From Camelus ferus (Eukaryota), in NCBI RefSeq assembly GCF_009834535.1, contig NC_045707.1, positions 60,018,001-60,082,000 of the forward strand: a DNA stretch of 64,000 bases. The letters are read 5' to 3'. The translations under genes and the position numbers were made by a program. Position 1 is the stretch's first letter. Each line of letters begins with the position of its first letter. Shown here piece by piece: positions 39,540-51,208 of this stretch. The notes below the pieces were generated by a model. That model was not told the origin of the DNA. It made no database searches and was given only the letters and a program-made list of their open reading frames with translations.

Positions 39540-39850
39540 GTATTTTTCAGAAGCACTACTCTAAAGCTTAGGCCATCCTGCCAAAGAGGGTTCAGAGAAT
39601 TATTGGTATATGGTATCTTAGGACATGTGAAAAATTCCTGGTTAAATACATTTTTTAAACTTTAGGTTTAAACAAAGTTGAGGTGGCCTCTTCATTGCAG
39701 GGTTTCTCATCACCTTCAATATTCTGTGTGTTTTTATATCTCCAAGAGAGCACAGCATATAATGTTTCCCAACTATTTTTGGTACCAAAATTCCTCATCC
39801 TACACGACCATCATGACATCTTAAATAATGCTTTGTGGAACACCAGTGTA
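39540..39850. mobile_element. hAT-Charlie-type relic, opposite orientation to the 32.9 kb copy
   Basis: GGTTTAAACAAAGTT...TTCATTGCAGGGTTTCTCATCACCTTCAATAT...TTTCCCAACTATTT is similar to the reverse complement of 32835-33100. Confidence 0.5.
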
Positions 39851-40467
39851 TGGAATCTCTCTCCTAAATGATTTAACTGATGTATCTAGCTTTCTCAGCC
39901 ATTTGAAAAATACTGAGGAAGTACTGACTAAAATTAACATGTGGTACATTGATTATCATGATCCTGAACAGTTCAAGCAATTTTAATTTGCAAAAAGTTA
40001 TTTATGTTTCTCTAAGATGAGACTTGGTCTATTAACAGTAGAAGAGTTGTTTTGGCAGTTTAAATACATCACTACAAAACATAAATTAGGAAAAAAAAAC
40101 ACATTGACATGATACCACAGTATTTTAGGGTCTTAACAGTATTATCATGTACAATTTTATTATAAGGCTAATTTGGAATTTAATTTAGATAAGAGATTTG
40201 TGATGGTAGTCTTTCCCTCTTGCCACTAATGAAATTTGTAATGAAATATCACCACTCCACTTGGTATTCAAAGTTACTAATTAGGCTCAGTTCTCTTTTT
40301 ACAAAATCACTCTGACTTTGTCAGCAGTTAGGAACTTTTACGTAAAAACTGCTCCTAAGTTAGAAGGGATGACTTGTATGTTCAGTTTGACAAGCTTCAC
40401 CTCCATACCTAAAGGAATTTCCAGACAGATGGAGTGAGGCTGAAGTCCACAAAAACACTGATTACAA

Positions 40468-40780
40468 CACAAATGAACTTGTTTACAAAAGAGAAACAGA
40501 CTCACAGACATAGAAAACAAACTTATGGTTACCAAAGGGGAAACAGGACAGGGGAGGGATAAATTAGGAGTTTGAAATTAGCAGATACACACTGCTGTAT
40601 ATAAAATAAATGACAAGGTCCTACATATAAGCACTGGGAACTATACTCAATATCTTATGAACCATAATGGAAAAGAAGATGAAAAAGAATATATAGATGT
40701 GTAACTCAATCACTTTGCTGTGCACCAGAAAGTAACAATATTGTAAGTCAACTATACTTCAATAAAAAAAAAAATTTAAA
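40468..40780 (+). mobile_element. L1 3' end, cetartiodactyl type
   Basis: CAAATGAACTT...GAAACAGACTCACAGACATAGAAAACAAACTTATGGTTACCAAAGGGG...ACTATACTTCAATAAAAAA. Degenerate TSD CACTGATTACAA / CATTGATTACAA. Confidence 0.92.
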
Positions 40781-42169
40781 AACCCATTGATTACAAAAGA
40801 TAGTCCTCAACATCTTTTCACCACCACTGGCAGCAAGAATACCTTTGGCCATAAAAACCACAGGTCTGTAAAAAAAAAAAAATACCCATGTTCATCTTGC
40901 TAAAACAAAAGTAACAGCTTCTTTGTTTGTTCATTAGGGAATGACTGTTCATTTCAATTATAGGATGTCTACAGGAATATTGGCTGTTACTTCACAAATA
41001 CACCCTTGGCACCAAGAACAATATCTGATAAATAAGCATTCAACAAATATGTTTTAATTAATGTTCAGGGTTTTTATATTAAAACCAACATTTTAATACC
41101 GAGTATGCAATTGTTGTAGAAAGATTAAAAAAGACATAGAAACAAAAGCAAAAAATACTCATAATCTTCAGTTTACCTCTGACATCCATCTGCACCCTAG
41201 CACGCGTACTTCAAGACACATATTTTCGATACTCATACTCTGTGCTACATTTCCATGGACTCATACTCCATGCTACGTTTTCCCTAGTGTTACTGGTCCC
41301 ACATAATGTCCTCCATAATACTCAGCTTCATTTTGAATGACTAGGCAGGCACTCACTTTATGAATAAATGAAATTTAAGAAACAGCTCTACTGGTGAAGA
41401 CTTAAATTATTCCTCCTCCCTTCTCATTTTCCCCTTTGTCTGAAAAGAGCTACTCTTCCAGCCAAATTTCTGTCCATTCCCTAACAGTTTCTTTAGGAAA
41501 TATTCCTGAGAGGACCTGCACATTGTAAAGGCTGTGTTATGCATTTTCAAACTATCCTTCAGAAAGGCTGTAATTCACACAACATGCAGTCCAGGAGACT
41601 ATTCTTCAGAATTTTAACTAAAGGTCAGAATCTATGACTCAAGAACTCCACTTGCATGACCCTCTACCCCAATTTCAACAAATGGCATCCATTGAACAAT
41701 GGCTGTAATGCCACTCAGAGAGATTTTTAAAATCTAACCTTTCCGTCAAGAAGCCAGCCATGTGACAATACTATAAAACAAGGACTGTCCTTAAGTACAC
41801 AGGAGGCAAAACATGCCAGAGCTCAATGCAGAAGAAATAACAGTGCAGAAAACTAAGAACAGAAGAATGAGTTTTATCAGGTAAAACTTGAGTCTTGTAG
41901 TTCTGTGCCAATGACAGTATTCAGAGAATAAAACAATGAAAAACCCCTCCTTTATCTCACTCAGAAGTCAAGGTCTGCGTGACATTTCAAGGAGTAAAGT
42001 TGAAGTGCATGGAGGAAAAAGATGATACATTCCGTATTTTCTGAAGTGGAGTCGTCCACGTAACCAGACATGGGTAACACTCTTAGCAAAGAACACCTTA
42101 GGATATTCCCAAGAAAAAAAGCATAAATTAGGACACAGGCAAATCAAAAAACAGTCATATCAGATACAG

Positions 42170-42338
42170 TATAGCAGTACGGCACAGGGAACCATGCTCA
42201 GTATTTTGTAGCAACCTATAATATGAAAATGAATATATGTGTGTACATGTATGACTGAACTGTTGTGCTGTACACCAGAACTGACACAACATTGTAAACT
42301 GACTATACTTCAATAAAAAGTAAAACAAAAAAAAAATT
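42170..42338 (+). mobile_element. L1 3' end (younger subfamily)
   Basis: GCACAGGGAAC...ATGTATGACTGAA...TGCTGTACACCAGAACTGACACAACATTGTAAACTGACTATACTTCAATAAAAA. Confidence 0.9.
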
Positions 42339-44154
42339 TAACATATTAATTAAATGGGCAGTACCAATTCTAGCACAGGAAACAGAAGGATCCAAACATT
42401 CTAGAAAGTTTAGCAGAAAGGTCATCAAAAATTTAAGGCATAAATTGATCCAATAGATGTTGACAGATTCATGTTGATGGACACTGATAGTTCTTTGGGG
42501 CATGAAACACAGATTTCCATCGATTCACAAGTCTGTCTATTGGTCTCCACAGCGCCTAATGTCAGTCATCTTCAAGCAGAGTCAACAGTAGCTCCCTGCC
42601 AACCAACCCACACACCCAACAACCCCAGCTAAGTTACTGGGGAGCAATTCCAAACTGATTTGTAAGATCTTCATACCAGACCCAAGACTAGGTCACACTC
42701 TTGTTGAAAATACAACCATTGGCTAATGTGGAGGCCACCAAATTTATAGGGGAGAGTCTAAGAGGAATGTGATGAGTGTCACAAGTGGGGTTCCATGAGT
42801 TGGTGCTATTAGTCTGCTTGAGCCTAAATGAAAGGCAGGGAAAAGAGGGGAGATAGGCAAGTTTTTTTGTTTCTTTTTGTTGTTGTTGTTTTTTAAGCCC
42901 AATTATCTTTTCTGCAAGAGCCATGGCTCCTGCACGTGAGCGAATACACCCACCCTCGACCACACTGTCTGTAGCTCCCAGAGGCTCGGTCTCTGACACA
43001 CCCATTTCCATGAGGACCCCTGAAGAACATGACATCTGCAGGAGGTTCCAGAGGCCCATTTCAAAATCTGGGGGAAAAATGTGGAGGCAAATGAATGTCA
43101 GGAAAAAGAATGTTCGGAAAATAATCTGCTGTTGTCCTCTTCCACATGAATATTCAGAACACCACAGATTAAGTTAAATACTGAGCTTTCATTGAAACAG
43201 TGTAGAAAACTTCTAGGATGACAAATTCTTCAAGCATTTTTCAAGGCATATAACATATGCTTATTTTCCTTTTATTATAATTGGGCTGTTATAAAAGAAA
43301 CCATTGGATCACTTCTCTATCTTGGTGAAAATTCCCAGTCATATGGTTATAATCAAGGGTCAAATTGCTAATGACACCAAAAACCAATGAGAGCCTTGAA
43401 ATGAGAGGGTGGGACCCACTTGACTCCCACACCCACTTTAACTCTTTATTTTCAGGATAAAAAGAGGCTTTAAGCACTCTGGTTTTTTAGTTGATCTATT
43501 TAGAACTACCTGACATGGACTCGCTAGTCCACATTCCATGCTCAAATTTTCCTTCATCACCAATCCTCTTAGACACACACACACTCAGATAGACCATAAA
43601 ACCCTCAAAAAATCAAGTGTTTTCTGAACTCATGATCCAGAAATAAGATGCAAGTTGGTAGGTCTGATCTTAAAACGTGCCAGTTTCGTCTAGGTCAAAC
43701 CAACTGCAGAAACTTCATGAGCCTTTTCCGAACTTTCTTTTCCAGAAGTAAAAAAGAAACCAAAATATACGCTTTGTTGCCTTTCATAGAGATTAAATGA
43801 CTCAATTTTGAATCTACGTCCTTATTACTTTTTACCTGCTAAAAATTAGTGAAAACAAAAAAATTATCAGAAGAATTAAGGAGTTTAAAACAATTAATGT
43901 TGACAACTGATTATATGGATAGAAACAATGACAGAGCCTGGCTGGTTCAGGAAGTTCGAAGGCTCAACTTTGGAGACCGAGTTTCATCTTGGATACATAC
44001 TGTTCTGGGTAAGAAAGGGGTATTTCCATTGGTTATTCTGCTACACCCTCCTCTTTACTTTCCAGCGTTGTGCTAAATATCATCAAGAAGTTAGACTGAA
44101 AATCTTTGTTTCAACAGTAATGTTTTTCTCCATATTATAAAGTTAATTAACTAA

Positions 44155-44270
44155 TAAATTCAATAAATACTTATTGAGCACTTCCTTTATGCCAAGAACC
44201 TTCTGGGAATTAGAGGTACTACAGACAAAAAGACATATCCCTGCCCACACAGAACTTTACTCTCTGGACT
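44155..44270 (-). mobile_element. L2 3' end fragment
   Basis: ATTCAATAAATACTTATTGAGCACTT...TATGCCAAG...CCCTGCCCAC...CTTTAC. Confidence 0.7.
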
Positions 44271-45589
44271 CAATTCTGACTGAAAAAATCACTGTGTTCA
44301 TTGAAGTAAAGAGACATTGAACTAAACAGTATATGTATTAACAGCAAAGAAGACACCATCTCATCCTCAAGAAGTTGCAGCGTACTCATTTTCTTGCTAA
44401 CTTAATTTTTGTTCATCTTTCCTGTTTTCTAATTTTCTAGAAAGTGACTCCTAGGATACTTAGGCCCCGAGTTAGCCTGGATAACAAAATATTTTGATAA
44501 TTTACCAAATATCAAGAATTCCCATTCATTTTTTAAAGTGTTCCTAACCTCTTTACTATAATAAAAACTTCTTTTAACTTATCTAGATGCAAATGATAAT
44601 GTTGGTAAATCTGACTCATTTGGAGCTGTTAACTTCTAGAGACTCACCTGAATTTTTAAACTATTTTTGGCCTATTTACCTTCTCACATCCCTCCCCTCA
44701 TCCACTATCCGGAGGCTGGACCTTTCTCACATTTCTGAATTTCATTCAGGAGATACCTTGAGATACCTTGAACTGCCTTCCCTACACTGAGGCCCAAAGT
44801 ATATTTTCTTTGAATTTTACTGAGAAAGCACATTAAAAGATGAGTTTCAATTAGATTCCACATTCATAAGGATTCAAAAAGGAATTTCATTTCATTACAT
44901 TTTTGAGTGTAAAAAAAAAAAAAAAAGGGTATATTTAGCATGATGGCATGAAAGAGGGCCCCTAAGCAGCGTTACATGGATACTGTTAGCAAGCCTTTGC
45001 CACCTAAGTGATAATCAAGTCATCTCTGCTTGTGTCACAGGAGTGGAGCACGCAGAAGGATCACGTTTGTAAAGCACACAAATGAAAACAATTACAAAAT
45101 CTGAATGCACTGGATAAGAAAAAGCAAAGATGACAAAAGCGTGCTAGTATTAGTCGGCTATTATTTTGATGTTAATATCACACTTAAAAATACCTGAAGA
45201 AAGATGGGAAGTTTCTCTCTGAAATTTTGAACCAATAGTGTAATAATGAAGAAGTCTGTTACTTCTTTCACGCTGGTGCACAGGGGAAAATTAACACACA
45301 CTTGCAGTTTTATGTCATTCTGGGATTTCATAATACATAATCAGGAATATTCTGACAGCAAATACATATGCACCCATGTATACATATATATACACACACA
45401 GACACATGCACCTATGTATATTTTTAATCATAAAGATCTATCTTTACCTCATGGAACTGTGAGGGTTTGAAATGCTGGATCTGAATCCATTAAAAAAAAA
45501 AATTCTGACTGCAAATAGACTATCCAAGAAGCCCAAACAATACGCAATCATGACACAATGATCTTAGTTTGCAGATGTGAACATGTCTT

Positions 45590-45840
45590 TCATTAAAAGG
45601 GTTCCTCCTCAAGACAGATGCAATAACGCCAATTACTCCCCATTCCTGAACCTCCACGTGCACAATGAGGGGATGAGGACTTGAAACAGTGCCATGATAT
45701 AAAAGGGAAATGACGGAGGAGAAGAAATGGCTTTGGATTAATGAGCTGGCATACACACCGCGGCCTTAATGGGCAGCGCTGACAGGGTTCAATTATAGCA
45801 GAGCGTGCAGCCTCATTACTGCCAGTGGCTGTCACTTAGA
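45590..45840. promoter_or_regulatory. Candidate developmental enhancer (homeodomain/TALE motif cluster)
   Basis: Repeat-free, GC-balanced patch with at least six TAAT/ATTA cores, GGATTA (45735-45740), TGACAG (45780-45785), CTGTCA (45829-45834), CACGTG (45655-45660) and several retained CpGs. Confidence 0.45.
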
Positions 45841-45951
45841 GCACTGGTGCAGAGGAGAATCCAACTGACGGCAGACAAAGGCAAAGAGGAATCCATGCAA
45901 ACAAAAGACATTTACAAAGCATCTTCAGGAGCAAAGCTCCTACCCTCACCC

Positions 45952-46050
45952 TCAACACATACACACAGACACATACACCATACACACACAGACACAAACA
46001 CCACACACACACAGACACACACACCACACACACACATACACCACACACAC
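45952..46050. repeat. Imperfect (CA)n microsatellite
   Basis: Read directly from the sequence. Confidence 0.95.
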
Positions 46051-49000
46051 ATGCTCCTTGGCTCTACTTACAAGCCAACACACACAGAGGCACAAGATCT
46101 TTGTATTTATGTTTCCTCCAGCTTGGTTTGCTCATTGCTTATTACACAGAGGGCTTTTAGGCTGAAATATAATTGAATTAAGAGATAGTGTCAAGGTATT
46201 TGTTTGTTTTGTCTTTTTTAATGGGTCCTTAAATACTACCCCTCCAAAAAAATAAATCCCCATTAAAATTGTGACCCTTTACTGACTGGGCAGTGCTGCC
46301 TTCCTATTCCAGTACTGCACTGTCTTACTAACAATGATCACCCCTCTCATAATTTTCTTTACAGAGTCAAAATAGAAAATTTTTAAAGGCAGTATTTTGA
46401 TTCCATGAATAGCTATGTGTAAAATTTCTAGGCTACTTAAATTCCCTTCATGTCCTGGTGTTTAAATGGAGGGGGAAATGTGCTAAATGGAAATCTGATC
46501 AGGCCTGACTAATAAAAGTTTCAACAATATGTGGGACCAAGTCCTGCCACAGAAAATCCATTTTTAAAATGTGTTCCATGAGTTCACTTACGAAAGACAA
46601 AAGGCTGCCTCTTTCCCATGAAAAATCGTCTACCTCTAAAAAATATACATTTAACTAACTGATGCAAAAACAGTGGCTTGACATGAAAACTAAAAATAAA
46701 CTATTAACAGAGCATCTACTGTGCATTTGTTCAAATTTAGTCTATAAATTTTAACACACAACACACACATACTTACTGCTCGATATGCAGTATCATCTTA
46801 TGTAACAGCAAATTGTAAGGCTGACACTGTTTCCTCCTAGAAAAACATCTCCAGGTGAACCCTAACAAAACCCCTCTTTAAGTAATAATTAGATTGCTTT
46901 TCAATTATCTATGACCATTCAGAGACAAAAATCAGTCTTAGCAGAGGTAATTCAGGAAATGTTTTGTCTTCTGAAAAGAAGGAAACAATAGAAAATTCTC
47001 AGGATTACTCAGAGGATAGTTTCCAACTCCTTTTCCTGAACCCATAATAAACATGTTCAGTTGAAACTGATTTAAGCCTAGGAGTACATCCCCCCATCAG
47101 AAAGAATAATACCAAAATGGCCAGAGCAGACTACTGGGCCAAATGAAGCAAAAATAGCAAGAACATGCAAGGGGGAAGGATCTCAAGTGAATGAGGATTT
47201 CTACACCAACAAACTATTGCTTGAAAAAGACCAGCAAGCCTTCACATAAAAAAATGGCTAGAAGTAGTCATTTCTCTATAAGGGATTCAAACGAAGACCT
47301 TTTCTAATATAGGTGGATGCTAGAAATAAGGCACAGTTGTGATTCTGAATGGAAAACACAATGGAAGTAACCAAAAGATGAACATTTCCATTTGGTTTTA
47401 TATTATAGTATGTATTCTCACGCTAACGTTTACAGGTCATTAGAAGCCAAACAAGAGTAAATTATTTGGACAAAGCATTTTTTTTAACCAGGGGTGGTTA
47501 TACTCTGGTGTAATTTCCAATTTGAAATATTAACTTAGACCAAAGGCCTCCTAGTCACCCGTTCCAGGAGCCCCTGCTGTCCTATTCCACCTGTGGCATG
47601 AGGACACACCAGGGAGGTCGAGCCTCTAGCTGCCTGATCATGAATGGTGTGTGACCCTCCCAGGTCTGGCTGGAGTCTACCCACAGCATCTCCTCACTCC
47701 ACCACATTTCTCTCTCACCCAGACTGACCCCAGTAGTTCCTCACCTGTTGCCACGTCAACAAGCTCTATCACGGGTACCCAACAAAATACCAATGAGCAA
47801 CAACAAAAAATGGATCATGTAACATTCACCATGTACCAAGGAGAGCCAGAGATCGTGGCTCTGGAAGGCTCCATATAGCCCTGAGCAGAGCAGCCCCATG
47901 AACACGAAAAAAGGCAAGTCACTTAGTCCTATACATGTACCGGTGGAGAAATTAAGGCAATATTCACAGAGTCTTAATAGGCTATAAACGCAGAAAGAGT
48001 CAAATGCATCTGAAGCGCCTACACACAGAGCTTGGCTATTGGAAACTGCTGATTTCCCTCCCCCTACCCATTACCGTAATGCATGACTTCATGATGTCTT
48101 AAGACCCACTGTACTTTGTGACTTACATCCCATCTCAGATCTGCCAAGCTAAACCATGAGAGTGTAGGATGAGGACTGCCACAGCCTAAGTGCTGTGCAA
48201 CCACTAAAAATCTATTTATATATATATATATATACCTCTGATCTCATTGACATAATTGGCACAGACCAAAATATACTGCAACCCATCTCATCATTTCCTG
48301 CCTACAATGCTAGCAGTTCAAAAGAAGATCCTGTCTTTTGGTCTTCATTGTCATCGTAAAAAACCCTACACAATTTTTATTCAGAAGATTTGTTGTTCCT
48401 AAAATATGCTTTGTTCTCTTCTGAAAGTGCCCAATGTTATCATGAGTAAGATTCTTTTTTCCTCCTAAGATACAGAAAGCTACATACTAAGCCATGAGTA
48501 TGGTTACCAATGGGGAGGAAGACAAAATGAGATGAGGAAGGTATATAAAGGGATATGAATGAATATTTTTATATTGAAGTACAATACAGATTGACTCAAA
48601 CTTTTACTCTTTTAACTTTTTATTACCATGTGTGCATTTTTAAAAGTAAACTTTATAAAAAAAAACATTAAAAATTTAAACTCTAATTAAAATTAAGTTT
48701 TAAAATAACCCAAAATAACTATCAACATTTCTCCAACTATGAGATGGGTAGCTTCCTGTTATCTCCAGCAGAGAATGTATGTCTTACTGTTGCTCATATC
48801 TTGACTTAGTAAAACCCCATACTTTTTCACTAGCGTTGGCATCTTTGGGCCTGCCCCCAAAGACCCAGGTCCCTGGCATCTGGAGAAAACCCATGCATAC
48901 AGTAGTTACTCATATGACCCAGGAAATAAACACAGCTAAGACAGACTCAGCAAACATCCCACCAATAAAATACCTTTTTCTCTCTGGAGCAAGATTGATT

Positions 49001-49432
49001 TTCCATTCCCAGAAGGCTGAGCCACCTTCAGCCAACAACATTCACTTCCCCAGACTTGACTCAGCTGGGGTCTTACATTTTCCCCAGATAACCAAGTTTC
49101 TGCTCTGTTCTGATGTTTAATAGCTGCAAAATTCCAGAGTCATCCCGTGTGTTTCACCCCCAGCTGTAAACAAATTCATCCCATGCACGCTCCACAAAAC
49201 CAAATGCCAAGCGACAGCAGTGGTTTTAGCTGTGGCACACATTCAAGATACCAGCCATCTTTTCCCTTCCCCCACCAGCCCCATCACTAAAAGCAAACGC
49301 AAACTCACATGCCTCCCTTTGATCCTGCCTCCCTTGATTTACTGGAGCTTCCCAGGCTAAAGCTCCCACATTCTGTAGATTCTAAATTAAATTTCAGTTT
49401 CTGGCCCATTTCACTGAAGGGACTCTGTAGAC

Positions 49433-49957
49433 CAGTATTCCTCCAATTTGAATGTGCACATAATTCAGAGTTCAGGCTGCTATAACCAAATACCGTAGAC
49501 TGGAAGGCTTATAAGCAACAGAAATCTGTATCTCACAGTTCTGGAGGCTGGGGAGTCCAGGATCAAGGCAGCCGCAGATTCAGCATTTGGTAAAAACCTG
49601 CTTCCTTGTTCCTAGATGGCTGTCCTCTTGGTACGTCCTCACACGGCAGAAGGGGCCAGAGGTCCCCTCTGGGGTCTCTTTTATAAGAGCATTAATCCTA
49701 CTCATGAAGACTCTCATGACCCAGTCACCTCCCAAAGACCCCACCTCCCACTACCATCACCCTGGGGGTGAGGTTTCAACATATGAATTTGGAGAGGGAC
49801 ATGACATTCCATCTATCGCACATACCAGCAAACTCAGGAGCTTGTGAAAAATGTAGATTTTTGCATCGGCAGGTCTGGAATGGCAACTCAGATTCTGCAC
49901 CTCTAACAAGCTCTCAGGTGATGCCAAGGCTGTAGGTCTGGCTCATTTGAATAGCAC
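49433..49957. mobile_element. MER5-type element split by an MLT1A insertion
   Basis: Left piece CAGTATTCCTCCAATTTGAATGTGC (49433-~49460). Right piece GGAGCTTGTGAAAAATGTAGATT...GGTCTGG...TCTAACAAGCTCTCAGGTGATGCC...TTTGAATAGCA (~49823-49957). Confidence 0.65.
49465..49822 (-). mobile_element. MaLR solo LTR (MLT1A-like)
   Basis: TTCAGGCTGCTATAAC...TCTCACAGTTCTGGAGGCTGGGAGTCC...CACCTCCCAAAGACCCCACCTCC...GGTTTCAACATATGAATTTGG. Confidence 0.92.
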
Positions 49958-51145
49958 ATTTCTCCACAGCCCTCTTAGTTTCCAGACTTTAGCATTCCTA
50001 ATTGTTAGTTACCACTTGTTCTTCCAGTCTGGCTATTCCTCTTGCTAGATGTGAGGTACCCTGGACCCTTTCCACAAACTTATTGACAACATCCTGATAT
50101 AAATATGAGGCTGTGATTACACAATACCTTGGAAGCTATTCATGGAAAAATTCAGCTCAGATATCTGAGGTCATGAGGTCCCATTTAAAAAATTATCATC
50201 ATAATCATCTATATTCAGGCTATTAGAAAATATTAAATTGCCCAGCCATTTAAATTAAAATAGTTGCCGCTGAATATACAAAATAAGAGATATAATCTAG
50301 GTTCTCATTCTCTTATTCGGATCATATACGTGCACGCCTTAATACCTGGGTCACCCATTTATATCACTGAAATCTACAGACATGATGAAGGTATTCTATA
50401 AGTTTCCTAAGCTGTGGGGCACTTGGACTTTATCCTATAGGAAACAGCTCAGTATTACGTTACACATGGCTGCTGCTTCCTGTAATAACTGCACAGGTTA
50501 TATCATAATAAGATAATTCCATGTATGAGCAAACCACATGCCTCCCTCATGATCTTCTAAGGGCTCTTTTGCATGAATGTAATAAATCAGCTCTTTTCAA
50601 AGGATTTAAGGGAAGGGAGTGTCAAATGATGTTTAACACCACACTTAGCAGCTCAGACTGTTCTAAACCCTCTAAGCACACATAAATAAAGCTAGATTTC
50701 ATTATGGGCCTGACAGCGTTGTATACCTCTACATTTTCTATTTTATTTCAATCCCAGGCAAAAGCAAAGAGGAAGAAAAGAAGTGCTTATGGATTAAAAG
50801 AATGCATCATAAAATATCCTAAGAAATAAAAAAAAAACAAAAAACAAAGAAAAAGAATGCCAGTGAATCAAGAAATGTCTTCAACGTATTCAGGACTTTC
50901 TCAAAAATATGTGAAAATTGTATCTAACACATTGCTCTTGCTACATTCTAATCGGAGCCCCTGTTTTGGGCCAGAATTTCAGCATTGGAAGTCAGATTAC
51001 AAAAAGATGTACATTTTCCAATGAGAATTTTTAAATCAATGAGTTCTCTTTGCCCACAACTCCTCTCCATTAATTGATGACTCCCTAGTCATATCCTTTC
51101 ACGTCTCATGACATTAGCGGCTCCTTCCAGTTAAAAACAGCTTAC

Positions 51146-51208
51146 TGCGGTTTGCTTCTTGCCTCAGGAGAGAATCCAGCAGAGTCTCTGACTCCTGGAA
51201 TTTGTATG
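51146..51208 (-). CDS. Candidate 63-nt internal exon of an unidentified minus-strand gene
   Basis: Minus strand reads ttggttgtttttcag|CATACAAATTCC...GCAAACCGCA|gtaagc. Length is divisible by 3. Open frames give YKFQESETLLDSLLRQEANR or IQIPGVRDSAGFSPEARSKP; neither is recognised. Confidence 0.3.
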
